Shown here: positions 27,714-34,865 of the stretch, one piece after another
How the letters are laid out: each line of letters begins with the position of its first letter
Position numbering within the stretch: the stretch's first letter is position 1
Source of the DNA: Chloroflexota bacterium
GTDB lineage: Bacteria > Chloroflexota > Dormibacteria > CF-121
Assembly: GCA_005882525.1 (NCBI GenBank)
Contig: VBGO01000075.1
Location: 1-50,735 of the forward strand
Length of the DNA: 50,735 bases
Direction: 5' to 3'
Made by a program: the position numbers and the translations under genes
Notes under the pieces: generated by a model
The model's input: only the letters and a program-made list of their open reading frames with translations
Databases searched by the model: none
What the model was told of the DNA's origin: nothing

Positions 27714-28655
27714 ATGATTCGCCCCGCGACTCGGCGGGAGGAACCTCACGTCGAACGATTTTGCCGAGTCCGGGTGGTATTGAGGGTAGTGACGCGAGTT
27801 GCCAAGGGGCCCTCGGATCTCGACCTCATCCGCGATTACCTTGGCGGCGACGTGGCCGCCTTCGACACCCTCTTCAAGCGGTACCACAAAGCGATCTATG
27901 GCCTGACCTTCCGCCTGCTCCGTGACCGGCAGCTGGCCGAGGACTTGACCCAGGAGACCTTCTTCCAGATCCTCCGCACCATTCATCGCATCAACGACAG
28001 CTTCAACTTCTCGGCCTGGATTCACCGGATCGCCACCAACCTCTGCTACGACGAGCTCCGACGGCGGAAGAAATTCCCCGAGGCGCAGGAGATCGACGAC
28101 GAAGAAAATGAGGACTCCGTCCTCCAGGTACCGGATGGGGATGCCCGCAAGAGCCCGGAGGTGGCGCTTGAGATCAGTGAGCTGCGCGACGCCGTCTGGT
28201 CCGTCGCCCGACGCTTACCCGAGAAGTACCGCCTGGTTCTGACGCTTCGGGAGCTGCAAGGCTTGAGCTACGCGAACATTGCCCGGAAGATGAAGGTCTC
28301 GGAGAGCGCGGTCGAAACCTTGCTCCATCGGGCCCGGCGCCGCTTCAAGGAAGAGTACCTCTTCATGGAGGGCAAGGCGCAGACCGAAGAGACGCGCTGC
28401 CCGACGATCGCTTACCTGCTCGATAACTTCCCCCCCGGAACGCTCAGGCGAGAGCAGCGGAAGATGGTTGCCCAGCACCTCGACTCCTGCCCGCCCTGTT
28501 CCGAACGCTACCCGAACCCGCCGCACCTGCAACGCAACGACGTGGTGGTCCAGCTGAACACCGCGGTGGTGACCCGGCGCCTGACCTCGAAGGTGCGCCA
28601 CCCGAAGATCTCCTTCATGGACGGGCGCGTTCAGGGCGGCTACCGCAAGCACTAG
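27714..28655 (+). CDS. ECF (sigma-70 family) sigma factor with a C-terminal fused ZAS-type anti-sigma zinc-finger domain
   Basis: Region 2 (AEDLTQETFFQI...FSAWIHRIATNLCYDELRRR) and region 4 (LPEKYRLVLTLRELQGLSYANIARKMKVSESAVETLLHRARRRF), followed in frame by C-x25-H-x3-C-x2-C. The start is uncertain, with in-frame candidates GTG 27657, ATG 27714 and GTG 27789. Low GC3 upstream of about 27789 favours the last. Confidence 0.85.
   Translation: MIRPATRREEPHVERFCRVRVVLRVVTRVAKGPSDLDLIRDYLGGDVAAFDTLFKRYHKAIYGLTFRLLRDRQLAEDLTQETFFQILRTIHRINDSFNFSAWIHRIATNLCYDELRRRKKFPEAQEIDDEENEDSVLQVPDGDARKSPEVALEISELRDAVWSVARRLPEKYRLVLTLRELQGLSYANIARKMKVSESAVETLLHRARRRFKEEYLFMEGKAQTEETRCPTIAYLLDNFPPGTLRREQRKMVAQHLDSCPPCSERYPNPPHLQRNDVVVQLNTAVVTRRLTSKVRHPKISFMDGRVQGGYRKH
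28398..28499 (+). other. ZAS (zf-HC2-like) metal-binding motif inside the sigma factor ORF
   Basis: TRC-PTIAYLLDNFPPGTLRREQRKMVAQ-HLDSCPPC, with Cys at 28398 and H-x3-C-x2-C ending at 28499. Confidence 0.7.
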
Positions 28656-28676
28656 CGGCGTGGCTATAGTGGCCCG

Positions 28677-29111
28677 GTGGCCACCAGCGTTCAGATCGTT
28701 TTCGACTGCGCGGACCCCGATAGACTCGCCACCTTCTGGGCCGCGGCGCTCGGCTACAAAAAGCAGGACCCACCAGCGGGCTTTGCCTCCTGGCCCGACT
28801 TCCTAAAGGCGCAGGGGATTCCCGAGAGCGAGTGGAATTCGGCCAGCGCCGTGGTCGATCCGAACGGGGTCGGCCCGCGGATCTTTTTTCAGCGGGTACC
28901 CGAAAAGAAAACCGTCAAGAATCGGGTCCATCTCGACCTGAACGTCGGCGGACCGAGAAGTGCGCCCCACGGCGAGAGGCGAGGCCGCATCGATGGGGAA
29001 GTCGCCCGGCTGGTGCAATTGGGCGCACGCCAGGCACGCACCATCGAGGAGCGGGGCGAGTACTTCGTCAACATGTTCGACCCCGACGGCAACGAGTTCG
29101 ACGTTCAGTAG
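28677..29111 (+). CDS. VOC-family (glyoxalase/bleomycin-resistance/dioxygenase fold) protein
   Basis: VQIVFDCADPDRLATFWAAALGY at the N-terminus and ...DPDGNEF at the C-terminus are typical of glyoxalase-like domain proteins. It starts 21 nt after the sigma factor stop. Confidence 0.8.
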   Translation: MATSVQIVFDCADPDRLATFWAAALGYKKQDPPAGFASWPDFLKAQGIPESEWNSASAVVDPNGVGPRIFFQRVPEKKTVKNRVHLDLNVGGPRSAPHGERRGRIDGEVARLVQLGARQARTIEERGEYFVNMFDPDGNEFDVQ

Positions 29112-29112
29112 C

Positions 29113-29451
29113 TCAGGGCTGGCGTGGCTCGATGACCAGCTCGATTTCCGTTATGGCCACGGGATGCCAGTGGCGGTCCGCCGCCTCGTGCTCGAGATCG
29201 CCCAGGCGGTGACGGTGGCCTTGAGACTTTGACCGGTGATCGTGCTCGAACGGTTCTTTTAGTCGATGGCGGTGGTCTGCGCCCCCGTCGGTGCGCTCGG
29301 ACCTGTCGGTCATGACGATGTGCGTGTGACCGTGAGGGTCTTCGCCGTGCGCCCCGTGCGCATGCTCGATCACCTCGACCAGCCGGTGGACATGCGAATC
29401 GGCGCCAAAGTCATGACGGTGAACGTACTCGTCGTCGTGCCGGTGTGGCAT
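29113..29451 (-). CDS. Histidine-rich small protein (HxH repeats), putative metal-binding
   Basis: 21 His in 112 aa, mostly as HRH/HVH/HAH/HGH/HTH/HDH/HWH. By manual count about three quarters of codons end in G/C, consistent with real coding. I recognised no homologous family. Confidence 0.6.
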   Translation of the reverse strand: MPHRHDDEYVHRHDFGADSHVHRLVEVIEHAHGAHGEDPHGHTHIVMTDRSERTDGGADHRHRLKEPFEHDHRSKSQGHRHRLGDLEHEAADRHWHPVAITEIELVIEPRQP

Positions 29452-29477
29452 AGCCCGATGTTAGCCCTCCGGCGGCG

Positions 29478-30617
29478 CTAGGCCAGGCGGCGGCCGGTTA
29501 GCAGCAGCCGCATCAGGCGGGACGCGGCCCGCACCAGCAGTGGCCCGGCCTGCGCCAGCGCCTCATCGAGCGAACCGGGCTCGACGACGGTTGCCTCCAG
29601 CCCATCGAAGAGCAGGCGGAGGTCGGTTTCATCCGCAACGCTGCCACCGATGGCGACCACCGGGATGCCGGCGTTACGGGCATGCCGGGCGACGGCCGCC
29701 GGCCCCTTGCCGAAGCGGGCAGTTTGGGAATCGAGGCGGCCCTCCCCGGTGATCACCAGGTCGGCCCCCTTGAGCCGCTCGTCGAGATGGAGCGCCTCCA
29801 TCACCATCTCCGCCCCTGGTCGAAGTTTTGCCCCGGTGAAGGCCACCAACCCGGCACCGAGACCTCCCGCCGCCCCGGCGCCCGGGAGCTGCTCGACGTC
29901 CACCCCGAGATCGTGGCGGATGACCTCGGCGAAATGCTTGAGCGCGGCGTCGAGCTCCGCCACCATCTCGGGGGTCGCGCCTTTCTGAGGTCCGTAGACC
30001 GCGCTCGCACCAGTCGGACCGGTGAGCGGATTCGTCACGTCGCAGGCGACCTCGACCCTGGTCTCCTTCCAGTTGGCGTGCACGCCTCCGACGTCGATCC
30101 GCGCCAACCGCGTCAGGGCCAGCCCGCCCGGAGATAAGTCTTGGCCGTTGCCATCGAGCAGGTGGTAGCCGAGCGCCTGCGCCATCCCGGCACCGCCGTC
30201 GTTGGTGGCGCTGCCCCCGATGCCGACGATGAAGTGACGCGCCCCACCCTCATAGGCGCGCTGCAATAGCTCGCCGACGCCGTAGGTGGTGGTGACCCGA
30301 GGGTCCCGCCGCTCCGGCGGTACGAGCGCCAGCCCGGCCGCCTTCGCCATTTCAATGACGGCGGTCGAGCGGCCGTCGATCAGTCCGTAGCCGGCCTCGA
30401 CGGGATCACCTAGCGGCCCGCGCACGCGAAGCGTGCATCGGTCTCCGTGCGTCGCCGCGACCAGCGCATCGGCGGTGCCGTCTCCACCGTCCGCGATCGG
30501 GACCAGCACCAGGGTCGCATCCGGCGCAGCGAGCCGAACGCCCTCGCCAATCGCGTCGGCGGCCTCGAGCGCGGAGAGCGAACCCTTGAACGCGTTGGGC
30601 GCGATGACGATGCGCAT
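29478..30617 (-). CDS. Glycerate kinase
   Basis: MRIVIAPNAFKGSLSA N-terminus and GEGRLDSQT motif. About 379 aa. Confidence 0.92.
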   Translation of the reverse strand: MRIVIAPNAFKGSLSALEAADAIGEGVRLAAPDATLVLVPIADGGDGTADALVAATHGDRCTLRVRGPLGDPVEAGYGLIDGRSTAVIEMAKAAGLALVPPERRDPRVTTTYGVGELLQRAYEGGARHFIVGIGGSATNDGGAGMAQALGYHLLDGNGQDLSPGGLALTRLARIDVGGVHANWKETRVEVACDVTNPLTGPTGASAVYGPQKGATPEMVAELDAALKHFAEVIRHDLGVDVEQLPGAGAAGGLGAGLVAFTGAKLRPGAEMVMEALHLDERLKGADLVITGEGRLDSQTARFGKGPAAVARHARNAGIPVVAIGGSVADETDLRLLFDGLEATVVEPGSLDEALAQAGPLLVRAASRLMRLLLTGRRLA

Positions 30618-30648
30618 CAGCGCACCGCCGGCATCCCGCCGGCGGCCG

Positions 30649-31620
30649 TCAGTAGACGGGTGTCAACCAGTGGCTGAACTTTGCGTTGCGTCCGCGGACG
30701 ATCTCGAAGTAGAGCTTTTGCAGCCGCTCGACCACGGGGCCCACCTGGCCGTCGCCGATCGGCCGGCGATCGACATCGACCACGGGCGAGATCTGGGCGC
30801 CCGTGCCGCAGAGGAAGATCTCATCGGCCACGTACAGTTCGGAGCGGTCGATGGACCGTTCCACAACCTCCATGTCGAGCTCGTTGCGCAGCAGCTCCAT
30901 CATCGCGAGCCGGGTCAAGCCCTCCAGGATGTTGTCCGAGGTGGGCGGGGTAAGGACCTTGCCGTCGCGGATCAGGAAGATATTCTCCGCGCTGCCTTCG
31001 CAGACATGGCCCTCGTGGGTCAGCATGATCGCCTCGTCGAAGCCGTTTTCCATCGCCTCGGTCTTGGCCAGGGCGGAGTTGACGTAGATGCCGGTGATCT
31101 TGGCCCGAGCGGGCGCCGCATTGTCGTCGACTCGCCGCCAGCTCGACACCATGCAGCGGATGCCGCGCTCGATGTCGACGTAATTGCCGAAGGGGGTGAC
31201 GTAGATCGCGAACGAATCCTTGAGGTTGTGAAGCCGGACGCCGATCTCCTCGGAGCTCTTGAAAGCGAGCGGTCGGATGTAAACGTCCTGACGGAAGTTG
31301 TTGCGCCGGATGAGCTCGACGCTGGTGGTACAGAGCTCGTCGAGGGAGATCGGAATCTTGAGCTTTAACACCTTCACGGAATTCTGCATCCGGCGGTAAT
31401 GCTCCCGCAGCTTGAGGATGAAGAGCTGCTCGTGCTCCGGGCTCCAGTAGCCGCGGATGCCCTCGAAGACCCCGGTGCCGTAGTGGAGAGCGTGGGTCAT
31501 CAGGCCCAGGCGAGCGTCACCGTAGCGCTTGTACTCCCCGTCGAGGTAGACCCAGTACTGCGCCTGCTCTTTCCGTCGGGCCTCAGTCGTGCGAGTGACG
31601 CCCTCTGCTTTGATCGCCAT
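30649..31620 (-). CDS. ilvE: Branched-chain amino acid aminotransferase (class IV)
   Basis: HYGTGVFEGIRGY, EGSAENIF and TGAQISPV motifs. AAGGAGG Shine-Dalgarno sequence upstream of the ATG. Confidence 0.92.
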   Translation of the reverse strand: MAIKAEGVTRTTEARRKEQAQYWVYLDGEYKRYGDARLGLMTHALHYGTGVFEGIRGYWSPEHEQLFILKLREHYRRMQNSVKVLKLKIPISLDELCTTSVELIRRNNFRQDVYIRPLAFKSSEEIGVRLHNLKDSFAIYVTPFGNYVDIERGIRCMVSSWRRVDDNAAPARAKITGIYVNSALAKTEAMENGFDEAIMLTHEGHVCEGSAENIFLIRDGKVLTPPTSDNILEGLTRLAMMELLRNELDMEVVERSIDRSELYVADEIFLCGTGAQISPVVDVDRRPIGDGQVGPVVERLQKLYFEIVRGRNAKFSHWLTPVY

Positions 31621-31700
31621 CGAGAGACGACCTCCTTTTGCCTTGCGAACAGGCCGCGTGAACTGGGCCCGAATTCACTTTCCGGGACCTGGCTCGATTA

Positions 31701-31726
31701 TATGCCGGGTTCCGGCGACCGGCATA
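31701..31726. promoter_or_regulatory. Perfect 8-bp inverted repeat TATGCCGG-N10-CCGGCATA in the ilvE / yvcK-like divergent intergenic region (candidate operator)
   Basis: The arms at 31701-31708 and 31719-31726 are exact reverse complements. The left arm overlaps a minus-strand TATAAT (31702-31697) about 75 nt upstream of the ilvE ATG. Confidence 0.4.
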
Positions 31727-31811
31727 GGGCCTTTTGGATGTAACGAAAAGTGAGAAAAAGGAGTTCCAAAAATGCTGTGCTAAGCTTGGGGCGCCGGTGG
31801 CACCCTTACGT

Positions 31812-33107
31812 ATGAACCCCCGGGTGGTGCGCTGGTTCACCCCCGGTCTCCACGTTAAACGATGGCTTGGCCTCCTGATCCTGGGCATGGTAATCATCAG
31901 CCTGGGGATCGGCTACGTCCTGCGCGATTTCTACCAGTACGGCTCCTTCCCCAAGTTCGTGGGCCCGCTAACGCTCCAATTCATTCCCCGCGGCTACCGA
32001 GCTGCGCTATTCGGCCTCCTCGGATTCGGCCTCATCGGTTTTGCCCTTTACAAGCTCACCCAGTCAGTGCTCGGCCCGTTCCTGCCGGGCCGAGACCGGG
32101 CGCTCTCGGAGATCATCTACAACTTCCGCTTCCTCCAGAAGGGCCCCCGGGTGGTGGCGCTGGGCGGCGGCACCGGCCTCTCGACCCTGCTCCGCGGGCT
32201 CAAGAAATATACCGGCAACCTGACCGCGATCGTGACCGTAGCGGACGACGGCGGCAGCTCGGGACGGCTCCGCCAGGAATACCGGATCCTGCCACCCGGC
32301 GACTTCCGGCAGTGCATCACCGCCCTGGCCGACGTCGAGCCGCTGATGACGACCCTCTTCCAGCACCGCTTCAAAGAGGGCAGCCTGAACGGGCACTCCT
32401 TCGGCAACCTCTTCATCATGGCGATGGCCGAGATCACCGGCGACTTCGAGCATGCCATCCGGGAGTCCGGGCGGGTCCTCGCCGTCCGAGGACAGATCGT
32501 GCCGTCGACGTTGCGCGACGTGACCCTGATGGCCGAGATGGCGGACGGCCAGACCCGGGTCGGCGAGTCGAGCATTCCGCACGCCAACGGTGAGGGCGAT
32601 GGGACCGTCGCGGTCGCGACTGCCATCAAGCGGGTGTTCCTCGAGCCGGAGCCCACCATCAACCCCGAGGCGGAGGAGGCCATCCTCAACGCCGAATTGA
32701 TCACGGTCGGCCCGGGCAGCCTCTATACCAGCATCCTGCCCAACCTCGTCGTCGACGGGATGGCCGAGGCGCTCAAAGCCTCGCCGGCGATCAAGGTCTT
32801 CATCTGCAACGTCGCCACCCAGCCGGGCGAGACGGACGCATTCCGGGTCAGCGATCATCTCAAGGCGATCGAGGGCCACCTGGGGACGAACATCTTCGAC
32901 TTCATCGTCGTCAACAGCAACAACAACTTCCCGCTTCCCGTCTCGGCCCAGGCAGCCGACATCAAGCGGGTCGTTTACGATCCGGCAACCGTGAGCCAGC
33001 GCAGCATCCATGCCGTGCTGGTGGACGTCGTCAATCCGCGGATCTCGACCCACCACGACCCGGACAAGCTGGCGCGCGCCATCATGAAGAAGATCTGGCA
33101 CTCGTAG
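31812..33107 (+). CDS. YvcK/CofD-family protein (gluconeogenesis factor-like) with an N-terminal TM segment
   Basis: VVALGGGTGLSTLLRGLK, TVADDGGSSGRLR and GPGSLYTSI motifs. Start placed at ATG 31812, because the upstream part of the listed ORF is A-rich and non-coding-like. Confidence 0.88.
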   Translation: MNPRVVRWFTPGLHVKRWLGLLILGMVIISLGIGYVLRDFYQYGSFPKFVGPLTLQFIPRGYRAALFGLLGFGLIGFALYKLTQSVLGPFLPGRDRALSEIIYNFRFLQKGPRVVALGGGTGLSTLLRGLKKYTGNLTAIVTVADDGGSSGRLRQEYRILPPGDFRQCITALADVEPLMTTLFQHRFKEGSLNGHSFGNLFIMAMAEITGDFEHAIRESGRVLAVRGQIVPSTLRDVTLMAEMADGQTRVGESSIPHANGEGDGTVAVATAIKRVFLEPEPTINPEAEEAILNAELITVGPGSLYTSILPNLVVDGMAEALKASPAIKVFICNVATQPGETDAFRVSDHLKAIEGHLGTNIFDFIVVNSNNNFPLPVSAQAADIKRVVYDPATVSQRSIHAVLVDVVNPRISTHHDPDKLARAIMKKIWHS

Positions 33108-34023
33108 CCAGCTCTGCCTCGTCGCGTCGCGCTCGCCGGCGCCGCCAGACCTGGGTGAACCACTCTTCGCCGAAGAAGGCCGCCAGGGCGAAGATGACGC
33201 CGCCGATGATGTCGACGATGTAGTGCTCGCCCAGGTAAACAATGCTCAGCCAGACGCCGGCGGTATAGGCGAGCGCCGGCCACGCCCGGCGACCCCACAG
33301 CCGCAGGGCAAAGAGCGCGCCCAGGAAGGGATAGGCGGCATGGAGCGATGGCATCGCCGCGTACTGGTTGGGCGTGAGCCAGTGGTAGACGGTGGCCGGC
33401 ACCGAAACCCCGGGCAGGTCGGTGAAGCTCGGCAATGTGTGGTCGATGATCTTGACCACACCGGGAACGGCTTTCCAGGGTGGGGCGACGGGCAGCAAGA
33501 GGTAAAAGACGAAGGCGGCGAACGACATCGCGATCAGCGTTCGCGAGAATCGTAAAAAGGTCCGCCGGTCGACGATCCAGAACAGGTACCCCAGCCCCAG
33601 CGGAAAGGCGAAGTGCAGGAAATAGAACATCGTGCCGGCGATGTCGTACCAGGTCACCTGACCAGCGTGGTAGAACGCCTGCTGGAGCAGCACCGTCGGC
33701 ACCTGCCCGAAGCTGATCAGCCGCTCCAGGGAGGTGACGTCGTGAATCGGCATCCCGAGCTTGCCGCCGAGGCCGCGAAGGTACTCATAGGAGAGGAAGA
33801 GGACCAGGAACGGAATCCAGTCAGCGAGAAAGAGCCTGGCCCGGCCGAGGACCAGTGCGGCAATCAGCATCAGCAGAAGCAGCCGCTCCGGCGATACCGA
33901 GAGGTGAAGGACAAAGACCATGAACAGGGTCACCACCGCCAGGTACGCGCCGACCAGGGACGGGAGGAGCCAGGCGCGCCGGCGGGCTGCGGTTGGCCGC
34001 TGAGGGGCGTCAGCCGGCTGCAC
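33082..34023 (-). CDS. PAP2-superfamily membrane phosphatase / phosphotransferase-like protein
   Basis: Polytopic membrane protein with PSLHAAY and GEHYIVDIIGG (SxH and HxxxD PAP2 motifs). Confidence 0.78.
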   Translation of the reverse strand: MQPADAPQRPTAARRRAWLLPSLVGAYLAVVTLFMVFVLHLSVSPERLLLLMLIAALVLGRARLFLADWIPFLVLFLSYEYLRGLGGKLGMPIHDVTSLERLISFGQVPTVLLQQAFYHAGQVTWYDIAGTMFYFLHFAFPLGLGYLFWIVDRRTFLRFSRTLIAMSFAAFVFYLLLPVAPPWKAVPGVVKIIDHTLPSFTDLPGVSVPATVYHWLTPNQYAAMPSLHAAYPFLGALFALRLWGRRAWPALAYTAGVWLSIVYLGEHYIVDIIGGVIFALAAFFGEEWFTQVWRRRRARRDEAELATSARSSS

Positions 34024-34129
34024 CGAAAAAGCTTACTGAAGGCCCGCGTCAAGATCGTTGCTGAGAGCCAGCTGAGAAGCGGTCGAGAAGATGGGATTTC
34101 GCCAAAACCGCCGTTATATTGAGGCTCAA

Positions 34130-34831
34130 ATGGCGGAGACGGCTCCCGAGGTTACGGCCTCCCGCAGCCCGCGGGTGCTCGTCGTGGATGACGAACGGTC
34201 GATCGTCGACTTCATCCGGCTCGGCTTGCAGTACGAGGGCTTCCAGGTACAGACCGCACCGGACGGCCAGGCGGCCCTTCGCCTGATCAGCGAGTTCCGG
34301 CCGCACGTGGTCGTCCTCGACATCATGATGCCCAAGCTGGACGGACTGGCGGTCGCGGAAGCGATCCGGGGCAACAAGGACACCGGCATCATCATCCTTT
34401 CGGCCAAAGACGAGGTTCAGGACCGGATCAAGGGCCTGGAGGTCGGCGCCGACGATTACCTGGTCAAGCCCTTCGACTTCGGTGAGCTGCTGGCCCGAAT
34501 TCGGGCCGTCATGCGCCGCCGGAATCCGGCGGCCGGCCCGCAGCTCCAGGTGCAGGACGTCGCGATGGATGAAGCCACCCATGAGGTGCGGCGGGACGGG
34601 CGCCCGATCGAGCTCTCGGCCCGCGAATTCGACCTCTTGCGGCTGCTGATGATGCATCCGAACCAGGTGTTGCCCCGGGACCGCATCCTCGATCAGGTCT
34701 GGGGCTACAACTTCTTCGGCGACGCCAACAACGTCGAGGTCTACATCCGCTACCTCCGGCAGAAACTCGGCGATGGGCAGCACCAGTTGATCCAGACCGT
34801 GAGGGGAGTCGGCTACCGGATCAAGGCATGA
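34130..34831 (+). CDS. OmpR-family response regulator
   Basis: Receiver domain (RVLVVDDE...VVVLDIMMPKLDG...KP) and winged-helix output (TVRGVGYRI). Confidence 0.93.
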   Translation: MAETAPEVTASRSPRVLVVDDERSIVDFIRLGLQYEGFQVQTAPDGQAALRLISEFRPHVVVLDIMMPKLDGLAVAEAIRGNKDTGIIILSAKDEVQDRIKGLEVGADDYLVKPFDFGELLARIRAVMRRRNPAAGPQLQVQDVAMDEATHEVRRDGRPIELSAREFDLLRLLMMHPNQVLPRDRILDQVWGYNFFGDANNVEVYIRYLRQKLGDGQHQLIQTVRGVGYRIKA

Positions 34832-34865
34832 GCGGGAGGTCGCGCCGCGACCGGCGCGGCTAGCC

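Noticed and set aside
27629-27770. Two GGAAC pentamers (27629-27633 and 27740-27744) as possible autoregulated ECF -35 elements upstream of or inside the 5' end of the sigma factor ORF
   Set aside because: No CGT/GTC-type -10 element lies at the expected 16-18 nt spacing from either pentamer. The nearest candidates are 20-23 nt away, so the match is no better than chance.
29266-29481. 71-aa Val-rich plus-strand ORF antisense to the His-rich gene
   Set aside because: It is the mirror image of CAC/GTG-rich sequence. It has no Shine-Dalgarno sequence and runs into the glycerate kinase 3' end. The minus-strand frame has the more coding-like third-position bias and sits in operon-like register after the glycerate kinase gene.
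31701-31740. Hairpin plus TTTT read as a plus-strand intrinsic terminator
   Set aside because: There is no plus-strand gene upstream to terminate, since ilvE is on the minus strand. I reinterpreted it as a possible operator or inverted repeat.
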